DNA of 64,000 nucleotides, taken from positions 496,001 through 560,000 of the forward strand of contig AP026126.1 in assembly GCA_030295235.1 (NCBI GenBank). The letters are read 5' to 3'. Source of the stretch: Fistulifera solaris. Its lineage: Eukaryota. Shown piece after piece: positions 35,245 to 47,340 of the stretch. The position numbers and the translations under genes are program-made. The stretch's first letter is position 1. Every line of letters starts with the position of its first letter. The notes beneath the pieces were generated by a model. That model was not told where the DNA came from, searched no databases, and was given only the letters and a program-made list of their open reading frames with translations.

Positions 35245-37683
35245 ATGTCTCTCTTGGAACCACCTACTACGCTCCTGAAGCTTCTTCATGACTCGTTGCC
35301 GAAAGACTTCTTTTCTTCTTCATCGGAAGGCGATGAGATTCTGGCCTACACCGCCTTTCTAGCGGCCGGATTGGTAGAACTACAGGAGTTCGAAGTTTCA
35401 ACGTGGAAGGATACTTTGACTCCGTACTTGGAACAAATCGGATACTCGGAAGACGTTGTGGAAGAATATTGTTACAAAACGCAGAAAGAGTTCTCCGACG
35501 AGGACGATGCCAGCTCGTATGGTGAGCCTGAGGAAGGTGTGGAAGAACTTTGTAACATTCGTTTCAATCTCGCTTACGGAGGCAAGATCTTGTTACATCA
35601 AACGAAGCTTCGTCTTTTGAGAGGACGCCGATATGCGGTAAGTTAAAATGGCAAGCAGCACGACCTGGGCTTGGCTGCTTCTCTACATTCTCACAACCTG
35701 GTTTTTCACGTCAAGTTGGTGGGACAAAATGGAGTGGGAAAAACCACATTGATGAACGCAATCAACAACGGCAAGCTGGAGGGATGGCCGGATCATCTCG
35801 TCACAGCTTATGTGGACAGTGGTTCCAATGTAGATCCTACCTACGAAAGCTTGCTGGTCTTGCCACACCTCATGGAGTCTACCAAGTGCTCGAAAGAAGT
35901 CTGCATGGCGAAATTGAGAGAATTGGACTTTACGGATGCCATGATGGAAGGAAACATCGGATCACTCTCGGGTGGTTGGCAGATGAAATTGCGACTGGTC
36001 CGAGCGGTCCTCATTAACCCGGACATTTACCTCATGGATGAGCCGACGAATCACTTGTCCGAGTCCGCTGTCAAGTGGCTCACGGACTATTTGGTTTCGT
36101 TAGATCACCAGACTGTTGTTACCGTGTCGCACGACACGACATTTTTGGAAGCGACATCTACCGACGTCATTCATTATGAGCAACGCGATGTTTGGGGTCC
36201 CTACCGTAGGCTCGTTCATTACAAAGGGAAAATGAGTGAGTTTGTCAAGAAACAACCGCAGGCAAAGCACTACTTTGAGCTTGCTTCAACGGATGCTTTG
36301 AAGTTCAACTTCCCAGAGCCAGGTCGCCTCGAGGGTGTTCGTACATCCACTCAAAAATTCTTGGAGATGGAAAACGTTGACTTTCGCTACCCTGGCAAAG
36401 AAAAAAACCAGTTGACGGGGATCACGTTAAAGATGAGTCTATCGACTCGAGTCGTTATCCTTGGTGCGAATGGAGCTGGTAAAACGGTAAGAGATTTTAT
36501 TGCCTTATCATTATTCGATAGTGCCCGAAAGACTAACACTTTTTTCTTAATAAAAGACTCTTGTCAAGATGATCGTGGGTGAAACCGTTCCATCGAACCT
36601 TGGAATGTGCAAATATTACATCCACCCCAACTTGCGTGAGTGATCAACATGACTATTTTGTGTTAATTATATCAATGTGAACCACACTCTTATTTGTCTT
36701 GAATTTCTCATTTCAGGAATCGCCTATGTTGCTCAGCACGCCTTCTATCACGTTGAACAGCACATGGAAGAAAGCCCCGTTGCATACATCCAGTGGCGTT
36801 TTAAAGATGGCTGGGACAAAGAGAAGATGGAGAGTGAAGCGTATCGAATCCCAGAAGACGAGCAAAAGGCTATTGATGATTTTGGAATCGAAGGCATTTG
36901 GAGTCGCCGTATGCGCGCTGGTCAGTTGGAATACGAAGTGAAGAAGAGAAATGTCCGCGAGAAAGATAACAAGTATTATACGCGAGATGAGTTACTTGCT
37001 CTTGGGTTTGAGCATTTGATCAAACAGACTGATGAAAAGATTGCTTCGAAAGAAGCTGGTCTCGATCTTCGACCTGTGACCACGTCCGAAATTCAAAAAC
37101 ACCTTGATGGATTCGGTCTTCCCAAGAGTTCGGAACGTACGGGAAGGTTCGCGGGCTATCGGGTGGCCAAAAAGTTAAGCTTGTATTAGCTGCTGCATTT
37201 TGGACCAATCCCCACCTCGTTGTTCTGGATGAACCAACGAACTTTTTGGATCGCGAGGCGCTGGGGGCTTTATCCGAAGGATTGAACTCTTGGGGTGGGG
37301 CTGTTCTGATGATTTCTCACAATAAAGAATTCTACAGCTCTGTCTGCAAAGAAGAATGGCACGTTGCTGACGGTCAGCTCTCCATTAGTGGAGTCTCAAC
37401 AGAACGAGAGATGAAAGCAGTTGCCCGGAAGAAAAAATTCGAAAAGGAAGCCGGTAGTGATGAAATCCTTGACAAGGCGGGCGGGAACACGAACACCGAT
37501 GGAGATAAGTACAAAGACGCTACTGTTGACTTTTGGGGTAAGACAGTCAGTAAGAAAGATGCCCGTCTATACGAAAAGGCGAAGAAGAAGGGAGATGTAG
37601 CAACAATGAGAAAGATTTTGCAAATTCCCCCCGGAAAGGTCATGCCAGGACAAGAGGAACTCGGCGACGGGAAGAGTCCGTAA
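35245..37683 (+). CDS. eEF3/New1-like tandem ABC ATPase with chromodomain insertion; introns 35638-35715, 36487-36556, 36636-36716; frameshift near 37122
   Basis: FNLAYGGKILL, GQNGVGKTT, LSGGWQMK, DEPTNHL; GANGAGKT, HPNLRIAYVAQHAFYH, SRR...LEYEVK, LSGGQKVK, LDEPTNFLDRE. Confidence 0.9.
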
Positions 37684-37754
37684 TGGAAATCTAAAACTAC
37701 TGTAAAATCAAATAATTGGTCTAATCTTTACATAGTCTCCAGTATGAAAACAGT

Positions 37755-39871
37755 TCATGATATTGAACCTGGGACATAGCTTCCGTTGAGACTCCCTGCA
37801 ACTGGCGTTTCCATTTCTAATAGTGCGCTTCGATCCTGTGAGATCTCGTAGGTGCCAACTTCGGAGGACAACGACGTGTCAGTATGTAATAAGCGGTTCG
37901 TCAAAGCTTCCCTTGTTGGTCGGCTTTGTAAACTCGGCCAATCGCGCCGTATTGTATAGTAAGTCATCGCGCCGAATGAGAACAATAGTACAACAATAGT
38001 TGCAGAAGTCATTGCTCTCAGCTCTCCCTTGAAATGCGAGCCAATTTTTGTGACTGAATTATACACAGGTATATTCTGTACCAATGCATATGACACTGCT
38101 CCTCTCACTCCCGCAGAGAAAAGAATCAATTGAGTTCTCTTGTCTAGATAGACTTTTGTGCTTGAGTTTGCAAAGTCGTAGAAGGTCCCCGAATCCCGAG
38201 AAGCTGTCACGAACCGCCAACATCTTCCAATTTGTCCTTCTACGTCGAACCATACACAAGCGTTTACGACTAGACTGAGACATATTACCATTCCAGCTCG
38301 ACTTGTGACACACGCTATAATACCCGACATCATCAAAATGAAATCGCCTTGTTCATTGAACAGAAAAAGACCAAGATAAGCGAATATTGCTGTCTCCATG
38401 AGCGTCGCAACAACCTCGGAGAAAAAGTGAACATGCTTTCTGGATTTGGAGTGAATGTGACCTCGTCCCGAAAACGCTCTCGTCATGGCGTCCTTCAATT
38501 GTTCCATTGCCGGTTTTAAAGGCGGCGCCTCATCGGAGGAATGTCGGAGCTCCATGTATTCCATTCGTTCACCCTCCTCAGTCTGATGACCGCCTACCAC
38601 GAAATAATCCATCATGAACCCCATCACCATGATGGAAATAATACCCGATAAACCAACTCCATCCGCGATGTAGTAGGGTACAAGCGCCCACATGAAGAAA
38701 AGACCCACTTCAGCCACTGCTGTCTGCTTTCCTTGGAGTAGCCAAAAATACAAAGTAGCCATTGCACCAGACATTACGCCGACAAAGAAAGAACCCGACG
38801 TGACAAAAATAAAGTCTTTCAGCGTGTCATGGAGTGTCGCCACATCAACCACGTCCGTGTCTCCCATGTGTCGAACCAAGCTGTCAAACAGAACAATCGA
38901 GACCCCATCATTCAGTAACGATTCTCCGAAAATCAAGGTAAAAAGAGTGTCCGTCTGACTCACGCCTACGCTAACTAAAATACTTAGCGTGGCAACGGGG
39001 TCAATGGAGCTCATGAGTGCTCCGAACAAAAGTGAATCCAAAAGTGGCAGAGATGGACCCATGGACCACTTGGACAAGTAATAAGTAATAAACCCAATCG
39101 CCGCTGCACTGAGACCCGTACCGAAAATGGCAAAGGACAAGATCGGGAAGAGATCACGTCGAAAGGCTCGCTTATCAATGCAGATGGATGCTTGAAAGAT
39201 GATTGGAGGCAAGAGAATTTGCAAAAAAAGATCATTGTCAAAGGCAAATCGATCCCTCACCACGTGACCTAAAGTAAGACGCATGAGTCCACCCGTGACA
39301 GCTCCCACTAAGATGCACACCCCCGCGTTGGGTATCCACGGCACCCCCATCATGAGAATGACACTGCGCATAAAGCCACAAACCACCAAGACACTGACGA
39401 CTGCCAGCAAACGGACCGCATCCAAATGCGTTTCTTGACAGTTTTTTTCGTAATATTCCGATATGCTTTGACAACACTCCCAATTGTGATAGTCGTCATC
39501 AATTCTGGAATGATTATCGTCGCGCAAAGGGGAAATGTTTGCGTTTCGTCCTTACAATCCGCAGTCTTGAAGGCATCCATGAAGGCTTCACATTCATCGT
39601 TGGTATCGGTGGTCCCGTTCAGGAACTTCCAAATAAATTTCCGACAAATCTCATCCCGAGTAACATCATCGGTGATGTCATTGTCGACTTGTAGTAGTTC
39701 GACAAAACGGTGACTCATGGCGACTTGATGGCGTTGCTCGGATATCGATGAACTTTGGTGCCAATTTTGCACGGCACCGAGTATAATAGCCAACACCGCA
39801 AGACTGACTGCTGACCACATCCATTTCGATGTGTGTATTTTAAAAGAACCATTGTGAATGTTGATGCTCAT
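37755..39871 (-). CDS. CPA1 Na+/H+ exchanger (NHE8/NHX type) with N-terminal extension; frameshift near 39530
   Basis: FLQILLPPIIF, FGALMSSIDPVATL, IFGESLLNDGVSIVLF, LSGIISI, ETAIFAYLG, GVRGAVSYAL. Confidence 0.93.
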
Positions 39872-40403
39872 GTTTGTGTTGTCCAAGAACAAAAATCAAC
39901 GCACGACTCGACGCGTGTGACCTTCGTTCGATATAGGATGGATTGCAGCAAAGGAATGTTGTTCGCAGCACCAAATACTTGTAACAGGATTGCTGGTGAT
40001 ATACTAGAAAGATCTAAGCACTCAAGCTTTGCAAAGGCAAAAGCTTTTTGTTCATAAATGTGCTGTTGGTGATGAACAAATAATTATCATCATGCTCTGG
40101 GTTGCCGTGCCGCAAAGACAGATGAAACATGAAAAGACAACCGCGAAGAGAGACCGCGCTTCCACACAACATTACAACCTATAGTTCAGTGCCGGATTAT
40201 TTTTATTCTAACGATCTCTGTAGAAGATGACGTGGCTACGGTTCCAAGACGGGAAGATCCGGGTTTGGTGACGCGTTCCATTTTTGGCCACAAAACGAAA
40301 AAAAAACAGTCTCGAGCATTATTCAACATTCATTCTCTTACCATCGCCTTTAACCTACGTATATCACGACTTGGTCACAAGAGATACATTACCACAATCA
40401 CTC

Positions 40404-42263
40404 ATGTCAAATTGGACCAAGCTTTCCGTTCGTGGCACGGATGGCGATTCCGCCGACGATTCTCTTCTGCTCGTTTCCAACCCGTCGTTCACGATCCCCG
40501 ATGGATTGACCATGGTTGCCGATTTTATCTCTCAGTCAGAAGAAAGTAAGTTATTGGAAGCTATTGACGATCAGAACTACTCGTGGGAAGGCTTTGAGCA
40601 ACGCCGCAAAGTACAGCGGTTCAGCTTTGACGACAAGGCCTCGACTCCGTCTGAAATTTTTCATTTACTCAAAAACAAGATAAAAGAGAAAAGTGGATGG
40701 CAAGCAACACATCTAGCGATTGAGGAATACAATGTCGATAAAGTGGCATTTTCGGGAGAATTTTCTTCCAATTATAAGGTTACCACGTTTGAATCACCGG
40801 CCCCGGGGGACCCTTCCTGCTTCGTCGCACAAATTCCACTTCGAAAGGGGGCCGTGCAACATTTAAACAAGCCAAAAGAACGACAAGTCGCGTGCTGGAA
40901 TTTAGAGTCACCGAATCACTGTTCCGATGTGTACATACCCCGGGGCTCTCTTCTACTCAAGTCCAGTGAGTGTCTTATAGAATGGCGAAGTCGTATGGCG
41001 GCGTCCCGTGATACAGAAGACTGTGTCACGGTGTTAAAGTTCTATTCACTCTCCACTGAAGCGCTGGATTCCTCAAATCATGCTAATAATAATGTGAATG
41101 GGTCGGGTATGGACTCATTTGGCTATGTGCCGTCACCGGATGACAATGTCCCGTCTCCCGACGAAGCCATGCCACCACTCCAGGATCTGTTGACCATCAT
41201 TGTGACGACCTCACCGATTCGAAGTAATCCGTCCACAGAGGTACTCGAACGCGCTATGGAGACGTTTGTTTTTGGGGGAACCGATTTTGCTTACAAATGC
41301 CGTAAGGTCATTGTGTGCGACGGCGTCCGGAAGAAAGAAGATGAGGCACCGACGAAAAGTTATTCAAATGTCAAACAAGCACTCCGCAATGGCATCGTCT
41401 CGAATGAACAGGATGAGAACTATACAATATTTAAACAGCGTCTACGCCAACTTTGCCAGGAGGCACCGTTGAATTCTCCATTTCACAATACTCATGTCGA
41501 AGAGCTGTCGGAACGACAAGGATACGGATTTGCTCTCCGACATGCACTTCGACATTGTGTTTCGACGCCCTACGTATGTGTTATTCAGCACGATCGAACA
41601 TTTATGCGACCGACTCCCATTTGCGAGACGATGGAGGCCATGTGGCGGAATCGTTTTATCAAGTACGTTGGAATGAGCATGCGAAGTAACCTTTTCTACC
41701 GTGATATATTTCTTGCCAAATACGGTCGAATTTATCACGAAGAGTTCAAGAGGCTCATTGTCCGAGTTCCTGAACTTTTGGTAAAGAAAGAGTGTTATGG
41801 ACCGGATAGTGCATCTACGAGAGAAATGAATTTACTTAGCGAGCTTTTGCGAGAGAATATCCTGGCGCTCGCCAAAAGTTACCAGACGAGTGCGCAAGGG
41901 ACTATTGAACAAGACTGGTGCCGGCAGAATCCGGTGCAAGAGGGAATGCATCAATTATCGTTGACCCCGACACTCTTTTGGTATGACAATGTGCATATAT
42001 GCGAAACAAAACATTATCGAGATTTTGTTTTTAAGCCCTCTTACAAGATGGTTGCTAAAGGAGGATTTGTTGAAGATAAGCTGAGCCCTGTACTTTTACG
42101 AACGGTAGAGCGTCTGGGTTTAACAGATGGTCATTCTCGGTTTGGTTGCTACATACTCGATGATCACTCGGGAATGTTTTTCACTGGCCATTTGGATGGT
42201 GGATCGTATATGACAGATGAAGTGAGAAAGAAAATCAAGGAGAAATCAGGTCCTCGCTCCTAG
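40404..42263 (+). CDS. Fusion of degenerate AlkB-like 2OG-Fe(II) dioxygenase domain and GT-A glycosyltransferase-like domain
   Basis: IPDGLTMVADFISQSEESKLL..RRKVQRF..VYIPRGSLLL...W (AlkB/ALKBH8-like); LTIIVTTSP..KVIVCDG..GYGFALRHAL..VSTPYVCVIQHD (GT-A-like). Confidence 0.7.
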   Translation: MSNWTKLSVRGTDGDSADDSLLLVSNPSFTIPDGLTMVADFISQSEESKLLEAIDDQNYSWEGFEQRRKVQRFSFDDKASTPSEIFHLLKNKIKEKSGWQATHLAIEEYNVDKVAFSGEFSSNYKVTTFESPAPGDPSCFVAQIPLRKGAVQHLNKPKERQVACWNLESPNHCSDVYIPRGSLLLKSSECLIEWRSRMAASRDTEDCVTVLKFYSLSTEALDSSNHANNNVNGSGMDSFGYVPSPDDNVPSPDEAMPPLQDLLTIIVTTSPIRSNPSTEVLERAMETFVFGGTDFAYKCRKVIVCDGVRKKEDEAPTKSYSNVKQALRNGIVSNEQDENYTIFKQRLRQLCQEAPLNSPFHNTHVEELSERQGYGFALRHALRHCVSTPYVCVIQHDRTFMRPTPICETMEAMWRNRFIKYVGMSMRSNLFYRDIFLAKYGRIYHEEFKRLIVRVPELLVKKECYGPDSASTREMNLLSELLRENILALAKSYQTSAQGTIEQDWCRQNPVQEGMHQLSLTPTLFWYDNVHICETKHYRDFVFKPSYKMVAKGGFVEDKLSPVLLRTVERLGLTDGHSRFGCYILDDHSGMFFTGHLDGGSYMTDEVRKKIKEKSGPRS

Positions 42264-42687
42264 TTTGGTGTGACGGAACTTTGCAAAAGCGTGTATCACT
42301 GCGGGTCCTTACAGTTTTAAGTACATGGAGCCATGACGAATTTGTTGGAAGCGACGATTATTGAGAAAAAGGAAACGTAGACGACTACTAATCGTCTCCG
42401 TCACGATTTTGGAGCCCTGAAAAGTCGTATTTACACACTTAAATTGTATTGACATTTCCAATAACACTTACGGTGTAGTTAGCCTATAAACTACTCAGCG
42501 TTAACAGCATTCAGTCCATACCCTTTGTCTAATTGGGATCTTTGTCCATAGCATTCATGATATCACCATACGAGTCATTGTTTTTATTGATCCATCGTAG
42601 GACACAATTTAAACCCCATGTAATCAAGGAATGTTTGCGAGGAGGTCGCTTGGGGTTCTTTATTAATACGTCCTTAGTTCTTCTTAT

Positions 42688-42739
42688 TATAGCTCCATTT
42701 TACGCAACTTTTCCCTAGACTGCATTTCAGTCATGATTC
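42688..42739 (+). repeat. Copy of ~55-bp promoter-proximal hairpin element
   Basis: TATAGCTC...GACTG-CATTT-CAGTCATGATTC. Confidence 0.75.
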
Positions 42740-42893
42740 GTGATATTGGCGTGCGAGATTTCTACCTAGACCTTCGTTCTTTTGCTAGGTTAATAAAATA
42801 TAGGTATCCCTAGCCTGATGCATGTACCTTCAGCAGCATCTATTATGCATGCTTTGATTTCCTGGTGTCGATTAGATCGTGCCCTAGTCAAGA

Positions 42894-42950
42894 GTATATG
42901 CCAAAAGTGTAGGCGACCTTTCTTCACGACTGCATTTCAATCATGAATTC
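42894..42950 (+). repeat. Copy of ~55-bp promoter-proximal hairpin element
   Basis: GTATATG-CCAAAAGTGTAGGCGACC-TTTCTT-CACGACTG-CATTT-CAATCATG-AATTC; shares AAAAGTGTAGGCGACCTTT exactly with the copy at 14988. Confidence 0.88.
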
Positions 42951-43049
42951 GAGCTGTGAAGTGAGATCGATGATCGATGATCGGCAGTTTTCATTACGTT
43001 CAATGCAATAATACTCCACAATAAAATTAAAAAAGATCACAGCAGCAGC

Positions 43050-44613
43050 ATGAAGGTCCTCTTACACCGCTTACAGCTCTCGTTAGTGCTCTACCTAATT
43101 CGCAAAACATTCGTGGATGGATTCAGTGGCAACAGGCTCCCCACCGCACGGCAACGACCGACAACGAGACCAGCCAGCTTCTTTTCTATGACGAAAAACG
43201 ACTCGGAAGAAACATCCGACTCGGCAAATTCAACAGGAAAGGGTCCGAATTTCCGCAAAGGTGCAGGAAGTGTGCGAAGACGCTGCGTCGATTATCCAAA
43301 ATATGCTTACGATGCAGGGACGAAAGAAGTGAAAGTTCTAACCTCAACAGGTACGTTACCCATCTTCGCTTTTACAGCATGAGATCTTCATTAATACCGT
43401 TTGCCATTTTAGGCTTAAAAGATGGTTCCTTGAATGCAGAGGCGATGAGGACACGACTATTGGAAGACCGATCGTATGCCCGGAGTGAGCCTTTTTGATG
43501 GACAACATGATGAACCCTCCCACGCTAGCGGATTTGTCACCACCCAAGGAAGCCTTTCGGGACAAGTTTTTTATCAGTACACCCGCAAATTTGCTTTCGT
43601 TTCTTGTTGCTTACTTGCTCTTTCCACCGATTATTCACGGCATGGAATTTGTGATCAATACATCTGGTCCACAGCTCGAGGAAATATTGACTACGTATGC
43701 TCCGGGTGTTTCAATCCTGTACGGTACCTTCGTCTCATTGACGCTATCAATTTTATATAACCGTCAAAGAACAATTCAAGACAACGTCGCGATGGAAACG
43801 TCTTTGCTTTCAGTAATTACACGTAGTCTAATCAGTCTTCTCCGAGATGATGAATGCAAGTTGATCGAGGCAGGACAGTGTGCGGCTGACCAAATTCGTA
43901 CTCTGGTTAAGACTTCGAGAGGAGAGGAACTGATGCTGTTGATGTACAATGATCCCTATGCGCGAATGATGGAAATTATTGATTTGTACGAGTTTCAGCA
44001 AGGGGACGAGGTCAAACAGCGAGCTTTGATCTCGTACTCCAGAGATACCATCCGAGAGCTCATCAAGTACCGTTCGAAACGTTTGAGCGACGAATCCTTG
44101 GCACTTCCTCCGACTCATTTCTTCATTTTGAACAGTCTTACGCTACTCATATTGCTAAGCTACACAGTCTCGGTGCTCGCTACTCTCGAAGCGAATGGAG
44201 ATCCCTCCAATACAAGTTCCATACTATTTGGCTCGCTCGCATCGACTTACTTTCTGTTCTACAATTTTGCCAAGGATCTAAACAATCCTTTTCAGGGAGT
44301 TTATCAGGTACGTTATTGCGGGATAGTTATTATGTCTCGACTTCGGCTTGTCCTGACATGGATCATCATTATTGACGCAAAGATACGTCGAAGCTGCGCC
44401 GCCAGTCATCTTATGGGTATCAAATGGGTTATTGCGAACCATCCAAGTTTGAAAAATTTTGTTGATTTCGAAGAAGTCAAGGAAGAGAATGGAGCTGTTT
44501 TAATTCGAAGTCCAGGGGTTGGAGATGTTTGGTTTGAACGCGACGATATTTATTTCGTGGACGGTAACGGAGAAGGTTCACAGCCTCAGTCATCGTTTTG
44601 GAAAGGAAAATGA
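43050..44613 (+). CDS. Multi-pass membrane protein, DUF4239/bestrophin-like, probable plastid presequence; introns 43351-43412, 44308-44382; frameshift near 43495
   Basis: Signal peptide ending VDG-F; GVSILYGTFVSLTLSILYNRQ..E; LPPTHF; DLNNPFQGVYQ. Confidence 0.72.
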
Positions 44614-44724
44614 GAGACGAGCCTGTATGATCAAGGCCAAAAGCATTTGTCGTTGTATCGAAGAGCTTTAAAGACCGCTTTGCAAAATTTTATTGACAAG
44701 GAATCCAATGAAATATATGCTTCA

Positions 44725-45778
44725 TTACGCCCCACCAAGAAAATCGAGGACACTCTCATACACAACAAAAGTGACGGCAGCACCTGGTGCCACACGGAGT
44801 GCATTTGGTATAGCACCCTTAAAAAACCCTATGAAACCTTCTCGTTGCCATAAATGTCGGCCTGTAGCTAGCATACCTACATATTCACGACGTACTGCTT
44901 TGAGTTCACCGTTTGCCATTAGTTCTAATGACTGAGAGCGTTGCTGCAAGCGTGCTTTAATCACCTGGAGAGGATAAGTCGTAGTGCTGGCGGCACTGGA
45001 TGTTCGAGGAAACAGCGCAGCATCAGTAACTGACTTGTCATCGGAGTACGTCTCAGTAGGTAACTTACACTTTTGCCACAGCTCCCATACAAAGATACCC
45101 CATGGAAAGTTCAAACCGTTCCCAAACATTACTCGTATCTTCCCGCCTGGCTCGTTGGAAATGAAAGTGTTTTTTCAAATATTCATACACAACAAACTGA
45201 ACTCCGCCATGCGAAGTCAGCAGCAGAGCTGGCCCGCTGCCGCGATACAACGCCCAAATGCCTTCTTCCCGTACAATGGTCTGAAACGCGTCTCTCATTC
45301 CCGCATACGGCCGAATGTTATGCATTTCACTGGATCGTTTCATTTGTAGTTGCATTCTAGTCTTCATGAGCCATATTGGATTGGTGAAGGCTACCATGAT
45401 TCCTCCGGCAGCGACCGCTAGGGCAAAATTGTCGAGAGACGTCAAAACCGACGCCCTTTCTTGACTCGTTAGCGAATTTCCCATACGATGCTGTACTAAC
45501 TGCTTTTTGAAGCCTTCATAAAAGAAAAAATAACCTCCCCAAGAAATCGCCGAACCAATCACCGCCGGCGTCCATCCCGCGAAGAACCCTCCCAGTCCTT
45601 CGTACTTATAAATCAAGCCCGCCACCCGCAACGCTCCTAGTCTTGACCTTCCCTCGCTTTCGTGTACTTGCAATCGGACTTTAATGATATCCAGCGGAAA
45701 TAGAAGAGTAGTGGATACGGATCCCCCCAGAAAACCCGCAATCAGTGGAACGATGTTCTTCTTCAGCTCCGTCGTCAT
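44725..45778 (-). CDS. Mitochondrial carrier, folate/FAD transporter type (SLC25A32-like); intron 44996-45068
   Basis: PLDIIKVRLQ, NPIWLMKTRMQLQ, YPLQVIKARLQQR; SWGGYFFFYE and SHGGVQFVVYE signatures. Confidence 0.9.
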
Positions 45779-46123
45779 GGTTACTTTTGATCGAACGACG
45801 AAAAGGAAAAATTAAAAAAAATTACGGAGTACGGAGTATTTAATTATCTGGTAGGACAGTTCGGTGTTAAGAACAGGACGAACAAGGCGCAAACACATCA
45901 TCGTGTCGCACTAGTACCCGAATGTCGTTGTGGCATTTGAACTGTCAAGTGAAGTGGAGTGGAGGTGTTTTCTACGTACCAACTTTACGTAAAATACCGT
46001 AGACGTGTTACACACGATGCTGCCGCATTGCTTCATTCATTCAAATTAAATAGGTAATGATTCTTCCGCTGTTGTTCATCTCAAAGAACGCTTAACTAGA
46101 ATGTCAATAGAAGGACCGTTCGA

Positions 46124-47314
46124 ATGGCTGGCGGGAGGCCTCTTCTTCGGGAAGCAACAAAAGGTGGCATTGAAAGCATCGATTCGTGCGGAGATGCATT
46201 GGTATTGTTGAAGGGCATCGCCCATTCGTTGCAGGAAATACTGGCTCAGCCCGAGAACAACAGTGAGTCACCCGAATCACCTGCTATTCTTTTAGCAGCA
46301 CGTTTGCGTCGTTTGCGATTTCTCTTGTACGACGAACGAAGAGTACCGAAAGAAACCATTCGATGGGGTAACCATTCTCCGACCGTGGTGGAAAACACAC
46401 TGCAGGGATTGCTGGGACATGAGATGAATGACTTGATTCCTACATTACTCGAACATCTGGTAGTGCTGCCCTTTGAAAGTCGAAAGGACGTTGCCGCTAT
46501 TTTTAATTACTTGCTTGTGTCAGGGTTAGACGGCACGGACGCCGAAATCTATCGACCGCACATGATACGTTTCCGAGACCACGTCGAACAGCACTTTCCG
46601 CGTGTGATATCCGCTATCCTTGCCGGACATGATCCCGCAGTGCACGATCAAAAAGACGTGTGTCTGCATTACGGCTCCATGTACCGAGCCTGTTTGAGAC
46701 ATCCTGTATTGTACCATCGCATGGTGGGAACAACGGAGTCCGTTCGGAGTTACGTATTTCCTTTCCTGGATACTTTTGTTCACTTACCAAACTTTGAAGT
46801 GGCGAGTGATGCGATGGAAACTCTTCGAGAGGTTATGACAGCGGGTCAAGGGAGTAATCGAGATCCGGCGATACAGCAGGAACTGGCGGAAATCGCAGCA
46901 ACCTTTCTCGCTCGAGACTATGATGAAATATGGAATCAACGATTCACTACAAATCTATTATCCGAATCCGCAAATTACATGACTCGTCGAGTAGCGTTGC
47001 AGATTCTATCCACTGTTCTGTTGACAAGATCGAACTATTCTATCATGATAGAATTTGTGGCGAGTAAAACGAATCTCATTCTCATCATGAAATTGCTCCG
47101 CGATACATCCCCGCATATCACGCTGGATGCTTTTCATGTTTTTAAAGTGTTTGTGGCTAATCCCAACAAACCCGCCGAAGTTCTTCAAATTCTTCGGGAC
47201 AATCAGGTCAAGCTTGCGACTTATTTGACGTCGCTTCATCAAGAGAAAGAGGAAACAGACACTCAGTTCAGAGACGAGAAGGCTCTTATCATTGCAACCA
47301 TTCAAGCATTATAG
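46124..47314 (+). CDS. CAB39: MO25/CAB39 family protein
   Basis: LPFESRKDVAAIFN, NFEVASDA, NYMTRR.ALQILSTVLLTRSN, DAFHVFKVFVANPNKP, QFRDEK. Confidence 0.93.
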   Translation: MAGGRPLLREATKGGIESIDSCGDALVLLKGIAHSLQEILAQPENNSESPESPAILLAARLRRLRFLLYDERRVPKETIRWGNHSPTVVENTLQGLLGHEMNDLIPTLLEHLVVLPFESRKDVAAIFNYLLVSGLDGTDAEIYRPHMIRFRDHVEQHFPRVISAILAGHDPAVHDQKDVCLHYGSMYRACLRHPVLYHRMVGTTESVRSYVFPFLDTFVHLPNFEVASDAMETLREVMTAGQGSNRDPAIQQELAEIAATFLARDYDEIWNQRFTTNLLSESANYMTRRVALQILSTVLLTRSNYSIMIEFVASKTNLILIMKLLRDTSPHITLDAFHVFKVFVANPNKPAEVLQILRDNQVKLATYLTSLHQEKEETDTQFRDEKALIIATIQAL

Positions 47315-47340
47315 AGACGGAGTACTAATCAAACTTCGGC

